Shown here piece after piece: positions 36,440 to 45,729 of a stretch of 64,000 nt of DNA (positions are counted from its first letter, which is position 1; the number at the start of each line of letters is the position of its first letter). The DNA lies in the IMG/VR virus record IMGVR_UViG_3300034031_000046, positions 1-64,000 of that record, one strand, 5' to 3'. Made by a program: the position numbers and the translations under genes. The notes below the pieces were generated by a model. It worked only from the letters and a program-made list of their open reading frames with translations, was not told the origin of the DNA and searched no databases. Origin of the DNA: a virus.

Positions 36440-36796
36440 GTGAATACGAAGAAAAGCGGAGTCAAACACGCTCCGCGCTGCTGCCACATGAATGAAGACT
36501 GTCTGCCCTGCCCGCGTCTGGCGTCCTGGCTCATCATCACCGGGCCGAAGGCACAAGACACAACTCATTCCTGCACAAGCCACATTCCGTTTATGTTGTC
36601 CGATGCGCCCTCCCACCATGTTTTTCCGATTGCGATGTCTGGGCACACATCGCAATCGGGCCTGTCACTCGCGGAAGTCGTGACGCTCTCACGTTCCCGA
36701 AAACGCGTCGCACCTGTTTCTGCGCGTGACTCAATCTCCCGCAGGCGGCGCACCCCGCGCCGTCATCCGGGCCACTTTAAAGGGAGGAAAACATAG
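36440..36796 (+). CDS. hypothetical Cys-rich protein
   Basis: GTG start with GGGAGAG upstream. 118 aa. Confidence 0.4.
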   Translation: MNTKKSGVKHAPRCCHMNEDCLPCPRLASWLIITGPKAQDTTHSCTSHIPFMLSDAPSHHVFPIAMSGHTSQSGLSLAEVVTLSRSRKRVAPVSARDSISRRRRTPRRHPGHFKGRKT

Positions 36797-36798
36797 CG

Positions 36799-37275
36799 AT
36801 GAAACTTTATATCTCGCCTCTGCAGCGGCAAATTGCGAATTTGAGCAAAGGAGTGAGTCTCGATGCGCCAACCGCGCAGAAAAAGGGTGGCGTCTCCAAG
36901 GACGCTGCCCCGAAAGACGCCCCCGTAAAAGGCGCCGCCCCTGAAAACACGGCCCATAAGAAGCGTCTCGGTTCGGCGCGAAAGCGCGCCGTCGAGATCG
37001 CGGCGCGCAAGTCGGCTTCGGCGCAAAAAATCCAGCGCGGCATCGCCCAGTGCGATGCTGACATCACCCGGCTCGAAGCGCGAGAAGCCGAGTACCGGTC
37101 GAATCTCGAACGGAAGATGGAATCCGACCGTACTCCCGATGCCGCATTCAAGACGATTCGCGCTGCGCTTGCCAAGGTCCTCCAACAGAAAACCGAAGCT
37201 GCGGAAGCCCGGCGCGTGTATGTTCTCGCGCACGCCAAGCTGATGCAGCCGTTCCGTCAAACCGTGGATGCCTAA
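36799..37275 (+). CDS. hypothetical basic coiled-coil protein
   Basis: GGGAGGA RBS. Lys/Ala/Arg-rich helical sequence. Confidence 0.55.
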   Translation: MKLYISPLQRQIANLSKGVSLDAPTAQKKGGVSKDAAPKDAPVKGAAPENTAHKKRLGSARKRAVEIAARKSASAQKIQRGIAQCDADITRLEAREAEYRSNLERKMESDRTPDAAFKTIRAALAKVLQQKTEAAEARRVYVLAHAKLMQPFRQTVDA

Positions 37276-38659
37276 AGGTGGACGCCTGACTCGCCCGAAC
37301 TTTCCTATGGACCCCTTTTCCTCTCTTCAACTCGCGTTCCAAAAATCGCTGCAGAACCAGTTTCTCGCGAGCGGTCTGATGTTGATGCTGGGCGGTAGCC
37401 TGCTGGCGTTATGCCGCACGGTGCCCGCCCACATTTTTCGCTGGCTCAAGAGCCAGTTCATCGTTTCGGTTGATGTGCTCAGCCCCGACCCTGTTTATGA
37501 CTGGTTGTCGATCTGGCTTGATCAGCACCCGTACAGCAACCGGGCACGTGCCCTCACGGCGACAGCGCGGCGCCATTACCGCCCGATTTCGCAGACGCCG
37601 GACAATTGTGCTGAGCCTTCGCTGCCAGAGATCCTCTTCACTCCCGCTCCCGGTAATCATTTCTTCGTGTATCACGGGCATCTGGCGTGGCTGAGCCGGG
37701 AACGCAAAGAGCCGACCGCCGACAACCCGCTGGTGATGATGCCGCGCGAAACATTCATGATTCGCATCGTGGGACGCCGCCAGTCGCTCGTGCGTGATTT
37801 GTTAGAGGACGTGCGCCTCTGCGCTCATTCGGCGATGAAGGAGCATCGCAACGTCTTTGTGACCGGAGACGGCTACTGGCGTTCTACCGGCATACGCCTT
37901 CAGCGGTCGCTGGACTCGGTGATTCTTCCCGAAGGCGTCGCGGAGGATGCTCTGGCCTCGGTGCGCGAGTTTCTGCAAAGCGCGCCCTGGTATCAGAAAG
38001 TCGGTGTCCCATGGCGCTGCGGCTGGCTTCTCGAAGGGCTTCCCGGCTCGGGTAAAACCAGTCTTATTGGTGCCATCGCCAGTGAACTGAATCTCGATCT
38101 CTATTGCCTTAGTCTCGTTTCGTCTGGCATGAACGACAGTCGTCTGGCCGATATGATTGCGAACATGAATCCCGGCAGCATCCTGCTGATGGAGGATATC
38201 GATGCGGCGACACAAGGCCGCACGATGACCCTCGTCGAGGAAGAGGGGCAGGCAGTGTCGGGCGTCACGTTCTCGGGCCTGCTCAATGCCATTGATGGCA
38301 TCGCCGCGAAGGAAGGCACGCTGCTCTTCATGACGACCAACCATGCGGAACGGCTCGACCCCGCACTGATTCGTCCGGGCCGTATTGACCATCGCATTCA
38401 CTTCTCTCACGCCACGCCGGAACAGGTGGGCCGTATGCTCTGCCGCTTTTATCCCGATTCCGATACGACCTACCGCTTGCGGTTCATGGCCGCTCTCGAA
38501 GCCACTCAGTCCAGTGCAGAGCCATTGTGGCCCCTTAGTACTGCGACTCTCCAGCAACACCTGCTGCGCTTCAAGACGGACCCGGAAGGCGCATTACTCA
38601 ATCTCGAAAGCCGGTTGCAGCGCGGCCCACGCAGAGCACTTCACGCTGTTTTCGGATAG
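37268..38659 (+). CDS. BCS1-like AAA+ ATPase with N-terminal TM helix
   Basis: N-terminal FLASGLMLMLGGSLLAL. WLLEGLPGSGKTS (Walker A), ILLMEDIDAA (Walker B), FSGLLNAIDG and LFMTTNHAERLDPALIRPGRID (SRH/Arg finger). Alternative start at 37306. Confidence 0.85.
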   Translation: MPKGGRLTRPNFPMDPFSSLQLAFQKSLQNQFLASGLMLMLGGSLLALCRTVPAHIFRWLKSQFIVSVDVLSPDPVYDWLSIWLDQHPYSNRARALTATARRHYRPISQTPDNCAEPSLPEILFTPAPGNHFFVYHGHLAWLSRERKEPTADNPLVMMPRETFMIRIVGRRQSLVRDLLEDVRLCAHSAMKEHRNVFVTGDGYWRSTGIRLQRSLDSVILPEGVAEDALASVREFLQSAPWYQKVGVPWRCGWLLEGLPGSGKTSLIGAIASELNLDLYCLSLVSSGMNDSRLADMIANMNPGSILLMEDIDAATQGRTMTLVEEEGQAVSGVTFSGLLNAIDGIAAKEGTLLFMTTNHAERLDPALIRPGRIDHRIHFSHATPEQVGRMLCRFYPDSDTTYRLRFMAALEATQSSAEPLWPLSTATLQQHLLRFKTDPEGALLNLESRLQRGPRRALHAVFG

Positions 38660-38757
38660 CCTCCATCGGATAACCTCCGTGTCACAGGCCCTCACTCAAT
38701 AAGTCCCTCCCCTCCAGCAATCTGCACCAGCAATCTGCATTCGATGAGGCAAGCCGC

Positions 38758-41700
38758 GTGAATTCTCTTTCCGACCGTACTCTCACTCTTTCCCCAGAGG
38801 AACGTTACCTTCAGTCCCTGTTCGCGAGTTCCGCGTCAGCAACTTCAACGTCCCCTACACCGCTCAATCACACGGAACAGTCGGTCTTGAAGGCGCTCTC
38901 TCTCCAGACTTTCCCGTCCGCCGCACCCGTAGCACCGCGCCGCGTGCGTCGCAAGAATCGGAGCGCATCGCAGCTTGTCGTCCTGCAGAAAAGCTGGTCG
39001 ATGGACCTGCACGCCGAGTGCACGCGCAAATTTGGCGGCGATTGTCACTGGGTGACGCTGCACGGCAATCACGGCGGCGGGTCGGCTCATGTGCTGCTGT
39101 CGCCACCACAGGGCAAGGAAAAGCACCGGCGCGTGGTCTGGGCACCAGAGGGCACTGGCCTCGAACATTTGCGCATGGAAGGGTTGGGGAGCAATGACGA
39201 CATTCGTACGCGCGCCAAAGCCAAAGCCAAGCAGCGCGCGGTCGTGAAAAAGACGCTGTCCAAAGACGAGGTTGAGGGCGAGCGCAACCTTGTCAACTGG
39301 AGCCGCGACAAGATGCAGAAACTGCACGGCGAAGTTCACAACGTGCTCAAGGAAGAGCTCGGAGACGAGTTCGGTGAAACGGAACTCTCGGAAAGCACGC
39401 GCGCGATCGCGCGCCGTGCACAGGAAGTTTTGCGCGAGTCCGGCCAGAAGGTCCCGACCGGCTCCGATGGTAAAGTCGCCCGCCCCGATATCGATAGCGG
39501 GGAAGGCACGGAGCCGTCCGCAGGAGAGGAAGCAGAGGACGCGGGCTTCTCTTCGCGTTCGGTGCGCGAAGCGGTCGCCAATCATGCCGCTTCGATTCTC
39601 GCCAGCGAGATCACGGGCGCCCCGCCAATGCGCAGCAAGAAAGTCGATGCCCTGCCCGAACCTCTCCAGCGCAAGATTCAGGAAATGACACCCGAATCAG
39701 CACAGCGAATTCTCCAGCAGATGGCGCGCACCAGCGAGTTCCAGAAGAACGCGAAAAAGGTTTTGCAGGGCCGGATGAGCCGCACTGAGGCCGAAGCCTC
39801 TATCGTGTCTTCGGTTTCACCCGATACGGTCGAAACCGAAATCAAGAAGCGCGTCGCCGATGCGGAACGTGTGCGATATAACAGCGCGCTCTGGCAGCAG
39901 GTTGGTTCGGCGTATGCTGACGGCGCGCGCCATGTGGGCGATGCGTTTACACGCGGCGGAACCGAAGCGATTTCCTCGCTCGTTTCCAAGTCTCTCGGGT
40001 CCGGTGTTTCGCCCGGTGTCGTGGGCAGTCTGGGTCTTTCAGGCATTGCTCACGTTCTCGCGCACGAGCTCGCGCGCACCGGCGGCTATGACGATGTGCG
40101 TTCGGTGCAGGACCTCACCGATTACATCGAGATGGAAGCCGACACGCTCCGGGACGAAGACGGTCCGCTGTCGGAAGTAAACGAACTGCGGGACCAGATG
40201 CAGTTCAATGAAAGCCTGCGCGATACCGATCTCAATGAACGCACCGTCGCCAGCCTCAACGCACGGCTGTCCGCACAGGCGCAGAAAATTCTGGGCAACG
40301 TGGCCGGACGGCTCGAAGCGGGTGCCGAGATGGCAAAAGCTCTCCGCACCGTGCCGCACAGCGCCAACGGAGATCTTACCCTGACCAACGGCATCAACTC
40401 GTCGCTCATCGTCGCCCAGATGGAAGCTGCGGGCCTTTCGCCGGATGATTACACCATCACCGAGCAAAGAGACGATAAGGGCGAGCACCTGGCTGTGACG
40501 ATCAAGGCGGATTCCTTTCCCAAAATCCTGCGCCAGTCGAAGCGCGATGAGGAAAACGAAGAGATTCGTTCGGGGAGTACGGTCAAAGAATACAAGCACC
40601 CTGCCGGATGGACCGACGATCCGAAGCTGCAACTCAAGCCGCAGCAAATCCAGCACGTCCAGTTCTGGCAGAAGAACCGGCGCACCCTCGCCGACGCTTC
40701 CACCGGTTTTGGCAAGACACCCGTCGCTCTAGCGTGCGCGCTCCATCTCAAGGAAGAGATGGCGGCGGAGGGCCGCAAACCGCGTGTGCTTGTGCTCACG
40801 ACCGCCGGTGTGCGTGACCAGTACGGCGAGGAGTGTGCCAAGTTCGCGCCCGGCCTCGAAGGCGATTATCGCGTGGCGGGCGGCACCGGGGAAGAAAACG
40901 CGGCAGCCATCAAGGGCGACCAGACACTCACCATCTGCGCCCACGACGCGCTCGTGCACAACGCCGACGAAATTCTCCAGCAAAACTGGGACGCGATTAT
41001 CGTGGATGAGGCCGACAAGCTGATCTCACCGGCAGCGGGCGAACCCTCGATTCGTGAAGGCGTGTTCAATGCGCTTTCTTCCGCCGCGCCGGACATGCTG
41101 TGCGCGACGGCGACACCGTTGCGTAACTCGGTTCAAGAGTACTGGAAGATGCTGCACCTGCTGCGCCCGACGCGTTTTCCGCGCTACGCGGACTTTGAAG
41201 CGCAATATGAAAATCTGGGAGCGGGCACGCGCGCTTACGACGCCGCAATTTCGGAGGCACTCAACAACGAAACGCGTGACACCGTCCTGTCTTCCCGCAT
41301 GGGCGAGGGTACCAAGCACGAGCACTTCGAATCGGTTGTGCCGGTGATGGACAACGACCAGTGGCGCGAAATGCACGCGGAGATCGAGCGGCAGTTCGGC
41401 GAGGACCGCGCCCACTCCGACCCGGAAATCGCCAGCAAGGCCGCGTCACGGCGTGATGTCGAGCACATGAAGGTTTCTTACGACATCAGCGAAGATAACC
41501 CGGTGCAGACCCATGCTCGCTCGATTGCCGACAAGGCATTTCAGAGCGGAGAACGCGGCATCGTCTTCGCTGACTACATGCCGATTCTCGACACCTTCCG
41601 CAACGCCTATAAGCCCGGCGAATGGATGGAGTATTCGGGACGCGTGGATACGCAGAGCGGACGGCGCGAGGAACTCAAACACGCGCTCAATCATGGCGCT

Positions 41701-42198
41701 CTGATTCGTGGCGTGCGCGTCGCCCTTGGCCATCAGGGCAAAGGTGCCGAGGGCGTTATCGACCAAGTCCACCGTGCGCCTGTGTCCGCCGAGGACCGGC
41801 GCGCGGGCAAACAGGGCGAGATCACCGGCTACACGGTTCAACTCGATGATGGCAGCGGCGAAGGAAAGTACGTGACGGTTCCGGCGGATGCGAACATGAA
41901 GAGCCTGCTGCGTGGCCTTGTCGCCACACGCGCCGCGCAGTATGGACTCAACCTTCAGGAAGGCGGGCGGTACGTGATGCGCATGGGGCATCCCTACACG
42001 CCTACGGCCTATGAGCAGGAAGTCGGTCGATTGCGCAGCCGCGAGCAAAGTGCGGCGGGACGCCCCACCTGGGACCACACTCTTAGCAGCGACCACCCTG
42101 TTGCCGGCGTCCGGCGGCGCAACATCTTCAACCGCAAGGCGCAGTTGACACGCGGGCGCGAGCACTATCTGCGCAGCGATGAATATGGAGTGGGGTAA
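38758..42198 (+). CDS. giant SNF2/DEAD-type helicase
   Basis: ASTGFGKTPVA (motif I), AIIVDEADKL (DEAD), CATATPLRNSVQEYWKMLHLL (SNF2 motif III) and later YEQEVGRLRS. The GTG start is uncertain because a motif copy lies at 38772. Confidence 0.8.
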   Translation: MNSLSDRTLTLSPEERYLQSLFASSASATSTSPTPLNHTEQSVLKALSLQTFPSAAPVAPRRVRRKNRSASQLVVLQKSWSMDLHAECTRKFGGDCHWVTLHGNHGGGSAHVLLSPPQGKEKHRRVVWAPEGTGLEHLRMEGLGSNDDIRTRAKAKAKQRAVVKKTLSKDEVEGERNLVNWSRDKMQKLHGEVHNVLKEELGDEFGETELSESTRAIARRAQEVLRESGQKVPTGSDGKVARPDIDSGEGTEPSAGEEAEDAGFSSRSVREAVANHAASILASEITGAPPMRSKKVDALPEPLQRKIQEMTPESAQRILQQMARTSEFQKNAKKVLQGRMSRTEAEASIVSSVSPDTVETEIKKRVADAERVRYNSALWQQVGSAYADGARHVGDAFTRGGTEAISSLVSKSLGSGVSPGVVGSLGLSGIAHVLAHELARTGGYDDVRSVQDLTDYIEMEADTLRDEDGPLSEVNELRDQMQFNESLRDTDLNERTVASLNARLSAQAQKILGNVAGRLEAGAEMAKALRTVPHSANGDLTLTNGINSSLIVAQMEAAGLSPDDYTITEQRDDKGEHLAVTIKADSFPKILRQSKRDEENEEIRSGSTVKEYKHPAGWTDDPKLQLKPQQIQHVQFWQKNRRTLADASTGFGKTPVALACALHLKEEMAAEGRKPRVLVLTTAGVRDQYGEECAKFAPGLEGDYRVAGGTGEENAAAIKGDQTLTICAHDALVHNADEILQQNWDAIIVDEADKLISPAAGEPSIREGVFNALSSAAPDMLCATATPLRNSVQEYWKMLHLLRPTRFPRYADFEAQYENLGAGTRAYDAAISEALNNETRDTVLSSRMGEGTKHEHFESVVPVMDNDQWREMHAEIERQFGEDRAHSDPEIASKAASRRDVEHMKVSYDISEDNPVQTHARSIADKAFQSGERGIVFADYMPILDTFRNAYKPGEWMEYSGRVDTQSGRREELKHALNHGALIRGVRVALGHQGKGAEGVIDQVHRAPVSAEDRRAGKQGEITGYTVQLDDGSGEGKYVTVPADANMKSLLRGLVATRAAQYGLNLQEGGRYVMRMGHPYTPTAYEQEVGRLRSREQSAAGRPTWDHTLSSDHPVAGVRRRNIFNRKAQLTRGREHYLRSDEYGVG

Positions 42199-42203
42199 GA
42201 ACT

Positions 42204-42665
42204 ATGAAAAACAGTAAAGAAAATTCGTCCACGAAACCCAAGGCATCGCTGGCAAAAGCCGAACGCACAGCGCGTACCGCAGCAAACAGTGTGTATGCAC
42301 TCATGGCCGAATTACGCGACCATGACGAGGCTTCCATCGCGCGTTTGCAGGAACAGCGCGACCATGTTGCCAAGCTGCACGACGACGCGCGCCCGCAAGT
42401 TGAGCGTCTAATGAAGCGTGCGACACGGACCAAGCGACGCTCTGACGTGCAGAAATATGGCACACTGGCGCAGCGTCAACGTCACCGGCGCGAGCAATAT
42501 CATCACACGAATGAACTGATCTCCGAAATCAAAAGCGGGGGGAGTTTTCAGGCAACGGCCCAACGCGGAAAAACCCGAAGCAAGAGCGGGGGGCAGAAAA
42601 CCAAAACGAATCATGGGGAATCCGACAAGGGCGAGAAACGGGGGACGGCGAAACCAGCCTCTTGA
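42204..42665 (+). CDS. hypothetical basic protein
   Basis: 153 aa, Lys/Arg-rich and helical. Confidence 0.55.
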   Translation: MKNSKENSSTKPKASLAKAERTARTAANSVYALMAELRDHDEASIARLQEQRDHVAKLHDDARPQVERLMKRATRTKRRSDVQKYGTLAQRQRHRREQYHHTNELISEIKSGGSFQATAQRGKTRSKSGGQKTKTNHGESDKGEKRGTAKPAS

Positions 42666-42927
42666 ACTGGTAGTCACCGGACCTAAAGCCGCGCCGACAC
42701 CTACCGTCAAATCTCCGGTAAAGCCGGTCATACCATGGGGAGAGGCGTGTCTCACATCCGCAGGAAAATGTCCGCACTGTGCGGCAAAGGTGCGCCTGCA
42801 TAGAGACGGGAGCGACGCCGGGCGCAGCAAGATCAATTCGAGGTGCGTGCTCGTTGACGACCGCTCAGGTCGTGTCTTCGCCAAGTGTCCCGGCTGTCGG
42901 CGCATGGTGGCTCTCACCGCCAGTTAA
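42613..42927 (+). CDS. hypothetical zinc-ribbon protein (doubtful start)
   Basis: CPHC..31..CPGC. Overlaps the upstream gene by 53 nt. No SD. Confidence 0.35.
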   Translation: MGNPTRARNGGRRNQPLELVVTGPKAAPTPTVKSPVKPVIPWGEACLTSAGKCPHCAAKVRLHRDGSDAGRSKINSRCVLVDDRSGRVFAKCPGCRRMVALTAS

Positions 42928-43053
42928 GACGGAACGATGCTTCGCTTGTCCGACGAAGCGCGACGGAATGGGCGCCGAGAATTCGGCTGATACGCGATTG
43001 GTATCGACCTCTACCCGGCTGGTAGTTGTGGGCTATTCCATCGGACACCAAAA

Positions 43054-43081
43054 AAGGCGCGCGGCAAATGCCGCGCGCCTT
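43054..43081. terminator. convergent-block terminator hairpin (T-run on minus strand)
   Basis: 12-bp stem AAGGCGCGCGGC/GCCGCGCGCCTT, preceded on the plus strand by AAAAA. Sits where the plus and minus blocks meet. Confidence 0.75.
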
Positions 43082-43096
43082 AATCGTTAAATTTCC

Positions 43097-43267
43097 CTAC
43101 GTTTTCCCACGTTGCTTCTTTCCTCGCCACGGTGTCCGTTTGCCGATATCGCCGCGCAATTGCTGGCACATTTGAGCAGGCTCCATCGCTAATAATCCAT
43201 CTAAATAAGCCATGTGCTTGGCCCATCGCTGTTTTATTCGCTGTCGTTGCCAGTGGGACAGAACCAT
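43097..43267 (-). CDS. small basic protein
   Basis: ATG 1 nt after the upstream TGA, with GGAGAG upstream. 56 aa. Confidence 0.35.
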   Translation of the reverse strand: MVLSHWQRQRIKQRWAKHMAYLDGLLAMEPAQMCQQLRGDIGKRTPWRGKKQRGKT

Positions 43268-43268
43268 T

Positions 43269-43481
43269 TCACTCTCCGTAAAAGAAATTGATTGTGAATG
43301 CGAGTGCGGGATAAATACCCACCGCCAGCAGCCAGAGCCAGACTGGTGCATTTTCGCGGTCAGCGACAGCAATCGCATTTAGGACGGTGAACATCAGAAT
43401 CGGAAACCGTTGCGACTCGGTCAGGGTAAAGGCACGTTTCAGACGCTTTCTCACTTTAAAACCTCGCCCAGTCAGGGTCAT
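43269..43481 (-). CDS. small membrane protein (two TM; holin-like topology, function unknown)
   Basis: Hydrophobic segments FPILMFTVLNAIAVA and VWLWLLAVGIYPALAFTINFF. Confidence 0.45.
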   Translation of the reverse strand: MTLTGRGFKVRKRLKRAFTLTESQRFPILMFTVLNAIAVADRENAPVWLWLLAVGIYPALAFTINFFYGE

Positions 43482-43962
43482 TTAAAATTGCCTGCACCAT
43501 CGCATCTGTCACGAGGTCCCTGCCCCGCTTGACCGGCTTCTCGGTCGCGGAGGGATTTGATGCAGACGGTTTTGGCCCTGCCGCCTTCTGTGATTTACGG
43601 AGATGTGGCAGACGGTTCTCTCGTGTCTTGCGACGCGAGGCACGCACCAGTTCTCGCCGCCGCTCCGGCGTGACGACAATCGTCCCGTTACGGATTTCCG
43701 TCAGGATGGCGCGAATGATGTGCTTACAGAAATAGTCGGGATGGGAGGTAATGCGGGGCTCATAGCGTACACACCGGTAATTGAAGTCGGGACAATCGAT
43801 GCACTCGACTCGGCAGTCGTTAAGATTGCCCTCGATTTCGATCACCGGTGTGTACTCGTCTTCCTTTTCCTCGGTAAAGGACTTAGTGGTGAACATCGTT
43901 CGGTCGGACAATGCGTCGGTCCGCCGCACCTTGCGATGAATCTTGTACGGGTCATGCCCCAT
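43456..43962 (-). CDS. SWIM zinc-finger protein
   Basis: CIDCPDFNYRC..16..CKH fits the SWIM CxC..CxH pattern. AAGGAGG RBS. Confidence 0.6.
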   Translation of the reverse strand: MGHDPYKIHRKVRRTDALSDRTMFTTKSFTEEKEDEYTPVIEIEGNLNDCRVECIDCPDFNYRCVRYEPRITSHPDYFCKHIIRAILTEIRNGTIVVTPERRRELVRASRRKTRENRLPHLRKSQKAAGPKPSASNPSATEKPVKRGRDLVTDAMVQAILNDPDWARF

Positions 43963-43976
43963 CTAAAAACCTCCTT

Positions 43977-44330
43977 TTAATTGTCGAGTTCGACGCACTC
44001 CACGATGCCGACGAACTGGTTTGGGAATCCCTCCACCGGACTGGTTTCGAGAAATCGGTAGGTCGCCTTGGTGCCGTCTTCCAGTCGGCAAATCAGCAGA
44101 TCCCCCGGCTCGGCACAGGGCGAGTGCATGCCACGAAGCGCCGCAGTGGGCGCTCCCGCTTCGTGCGAGAGCCACTCCCAGTGCGGCGCTTCATCGGGCA
44201 TCAGGAACGTTAAGGGCAGTCGGACGGCGGTCGCCGACGCTTCGACGGAGTTGCGCAGTGTGCGCGGCCTCCGACCTCCTGTCTTCCCGGTGGCCTTTCC
44301 GGTTGTCGGCGGTCCTGTTGGTCGTTTCAT
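43977..44330 (-). CDS. hypothetical protein
   Basis: Start MKRPTG, ATGA-coupled to the upstream gene. The longer 44510 ORF was rejected. Confidence 0.5.
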   Translation of the reverse strand: MKRPTGPPTTGKATGKTGGRRPRTLRNSVEASATAVRLPLTFLMPDEAPHWEWLSHEAGAPTAALRGMHSPCAEPGDLLICRLEDGTKATYRFLETSPVEGFPNQFVGIVECVELDN

Positions 44331-44866
44331 AATTCCACGCTTTGCGCTGTCAGAAGCGCGGCATTCTCTGCTTCGAGTTCCTCCCATGGCAACAAGAGGC
44401 CACCGGCAATCCCGTTTGCGATCTGGTTGTGACCCGGAAGCGCCAGGACATAATAACCGGGCATATAGTCGTAGTGTGCCGCGACGATTGTGCCCTGCTC
44501 GCCCTTCCACTGCACGACATCGTCTTTTTTGAGACGCGGTTTGACATCATACGCTTTGACCCAGTCGCCGACTGCTGCCTCAAGAGCCTCCGACAAAATT
44601 CCTTCGGCACTATCCAAGATTTCAACGACCGCAGCCCGCATCTCGTAACCTTCGTTGTCGAGTTCCTTGCCAAGGTCGTAACCGTCGTAAGGATGTCCCC
44701 ATCGGAGGGCTTCGGTGAGGTCTTGTTTCAGCGTTTCAACGGGCACGCCCATGTACTCCGGCTGGAGCATTTCCGCGAGGCGGTCAGCAACGACGGCTAT
44801 CAGGTGGGCGTCACGGCGCTGTGGCCTTGGCGGGATGATGGTTGTTTTGGTGGGTTCTACAGACAT
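44327..44866 (-). CDS. hypothetical protein
   Basis: AAGGAGATATC-ATG start. A 16-mer palindrome lies 20 nt upstream. Confidence 0.55.
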   Translation of the reverse strand: MSVEPTKTTIIPPRPQRRDAHLIAVVADRLAEMLQPEYMGVPVETLKQDLTEALRWGHPYDGYDLGKELDNEGYEMRAAVVEILDSAEGILSEALEAAVGDWVKAYDVKPRLKKDDVVQWKGEQGTIVAAHYDYMPGYYVLALPGHNQIANGIAGGLLLPWEELEAENAALLTAQSVEL

Positions 44867-44885
44867 GATATCTCCTTTAACTGGT

Positions 44886-44901
44886 GTGCACTGCGGTGCA
44901 C
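44886..44901. promoter_or_regulatory. GTGCACTGCGGTGCAC 16-mer
   Basis: Exact copy, 20 nt upstream of the ATG at 44866 (minus-strand gene). Confidence 0.75.
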
Positions 44902-44908
44902 AAAACCT

Positions 44909-44919
44909 TCGACCGTACT
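44909..44919 (+). repeat. TCGACCGTACT half-site
   Basis: Exact 11-mer, intergenic in the minus block, 7 nt from the 16-mer palindrome. Confidence 0.9.
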
Positions 44920-44922
44920 TTT

Positions 44923-45729
44923 TCAATTCACTGAGGCTGCCGATTCCAAAACGCTCTTCCACGTATGGCGACGCCCCAGCCCCTTGGTCGAGCGTTTTGG
45001 ATGGCGCCCTTCAAGGAAGTTTTCTTCGATTCTCAATGAGCGCTGGAGCAGTTCGGGATGCGCCTGATTGAGCCACACAATTTCACTCTTATGGGACGCC
45101 GGGCAAAAGAAACATGCCGATTTAACAGGGACGGGAAGACCGGCTGCTTTGATGATGTCAATGCACATGTCGCGATCGTACTGCCATTCAATCAGCGGAT
45201 ACCAATACTCGTATTTCTTGCAGGGGTTGGAACGACAGCAGATGCACTTCCCTTTCCCCGTCCCGTCTTGGCCGAATGTTCCGCGACACGAATCGCGCGG
45301 CGAAGCATCGTAGCCAATGACCTTCTTCACCTTAACGCCTGCGGCCCATGCCTCCCGTGCGGGTGCCCAGTTGTTACAGAATTTGTTCTGCGGCCCGACC
45401 TTCCACTTCAAAGAACAGGACTTCATGCCAAACGCCAGTGACGGCAGTGTCTCATTCGTCAGACACTCCGCCTCCAGACTTTCATGCTTGCTGGTCCGTG
45501 TAACCGTGACCACCTGAATCGGCGGCTGTGCGTGCGCTGCAAGATATTCCTGAATGATCGGAAGATAGGCATACGTCTCCGGCTTTTCTCCTTTCGTATC
45601 TGCAAACAAAATAAGGTCTGGGACGATTCCCCGCTTTACAAACTCAACGAGAATGGCGGTGCTGTCCACCCCCATGCCATAGGCCATCGTGAGAGGCGGG
45701 CGAATATCGATTAGCTGTAACTGGCTCAT
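44923..45729 (-). CDS. PAPS-reductase-family (PP-loop-like) protein
   Basis: MAYGMGVDSTAIL..LILFADTKGEKPETY (variant PP-loop and DTG-x-E-x-PET). Cys-rich C-terminus ..SACFFCP. Confidence 0.7.
   Translation of the reverse strand: MSQLQLIDIRPPLTMAYGMGVDSTAILVEFVKRGIVPDLILFADTKGEKPETYAYLPIIQEYLAAHAQPPIQVVTVTRTSKHESLEAECLTNETLPSLAFGMKSCSLKWKVGPQNKFCNNWAPAREAWAAGVKVKKVIGYDASPRDSCRGTFGQDGTGKGKCICCRSNPCKKYEYWYPLIEWQYDRDMCIDIIKAAGLPVPVKSACFFCPASHKSEIVWLNQAHPELLQRSLRIEENFLEGRHPKRSTKGLGRRHTWKSVLESAASVN

Noticed and set aside
42928-43096. A possible tRNA or attachment site in the convergent intergenic region, and likewise in 55540-55700.
   Set aside because: I could not fold a cloverleaf, found no GTTCGAATC-type T-arm and saw no integrase nearby. 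The region is explained by a GC-rich terminator hairpin.
43269-43481. Calling the 70-aa two-TM protein a holin and the block end a lysis cassette.
   Set aside because: No endolysin or spanin motif is visible in adjacent ORFs, and topology alone is insufficient. It is kept as a membrane protein of unknown function.
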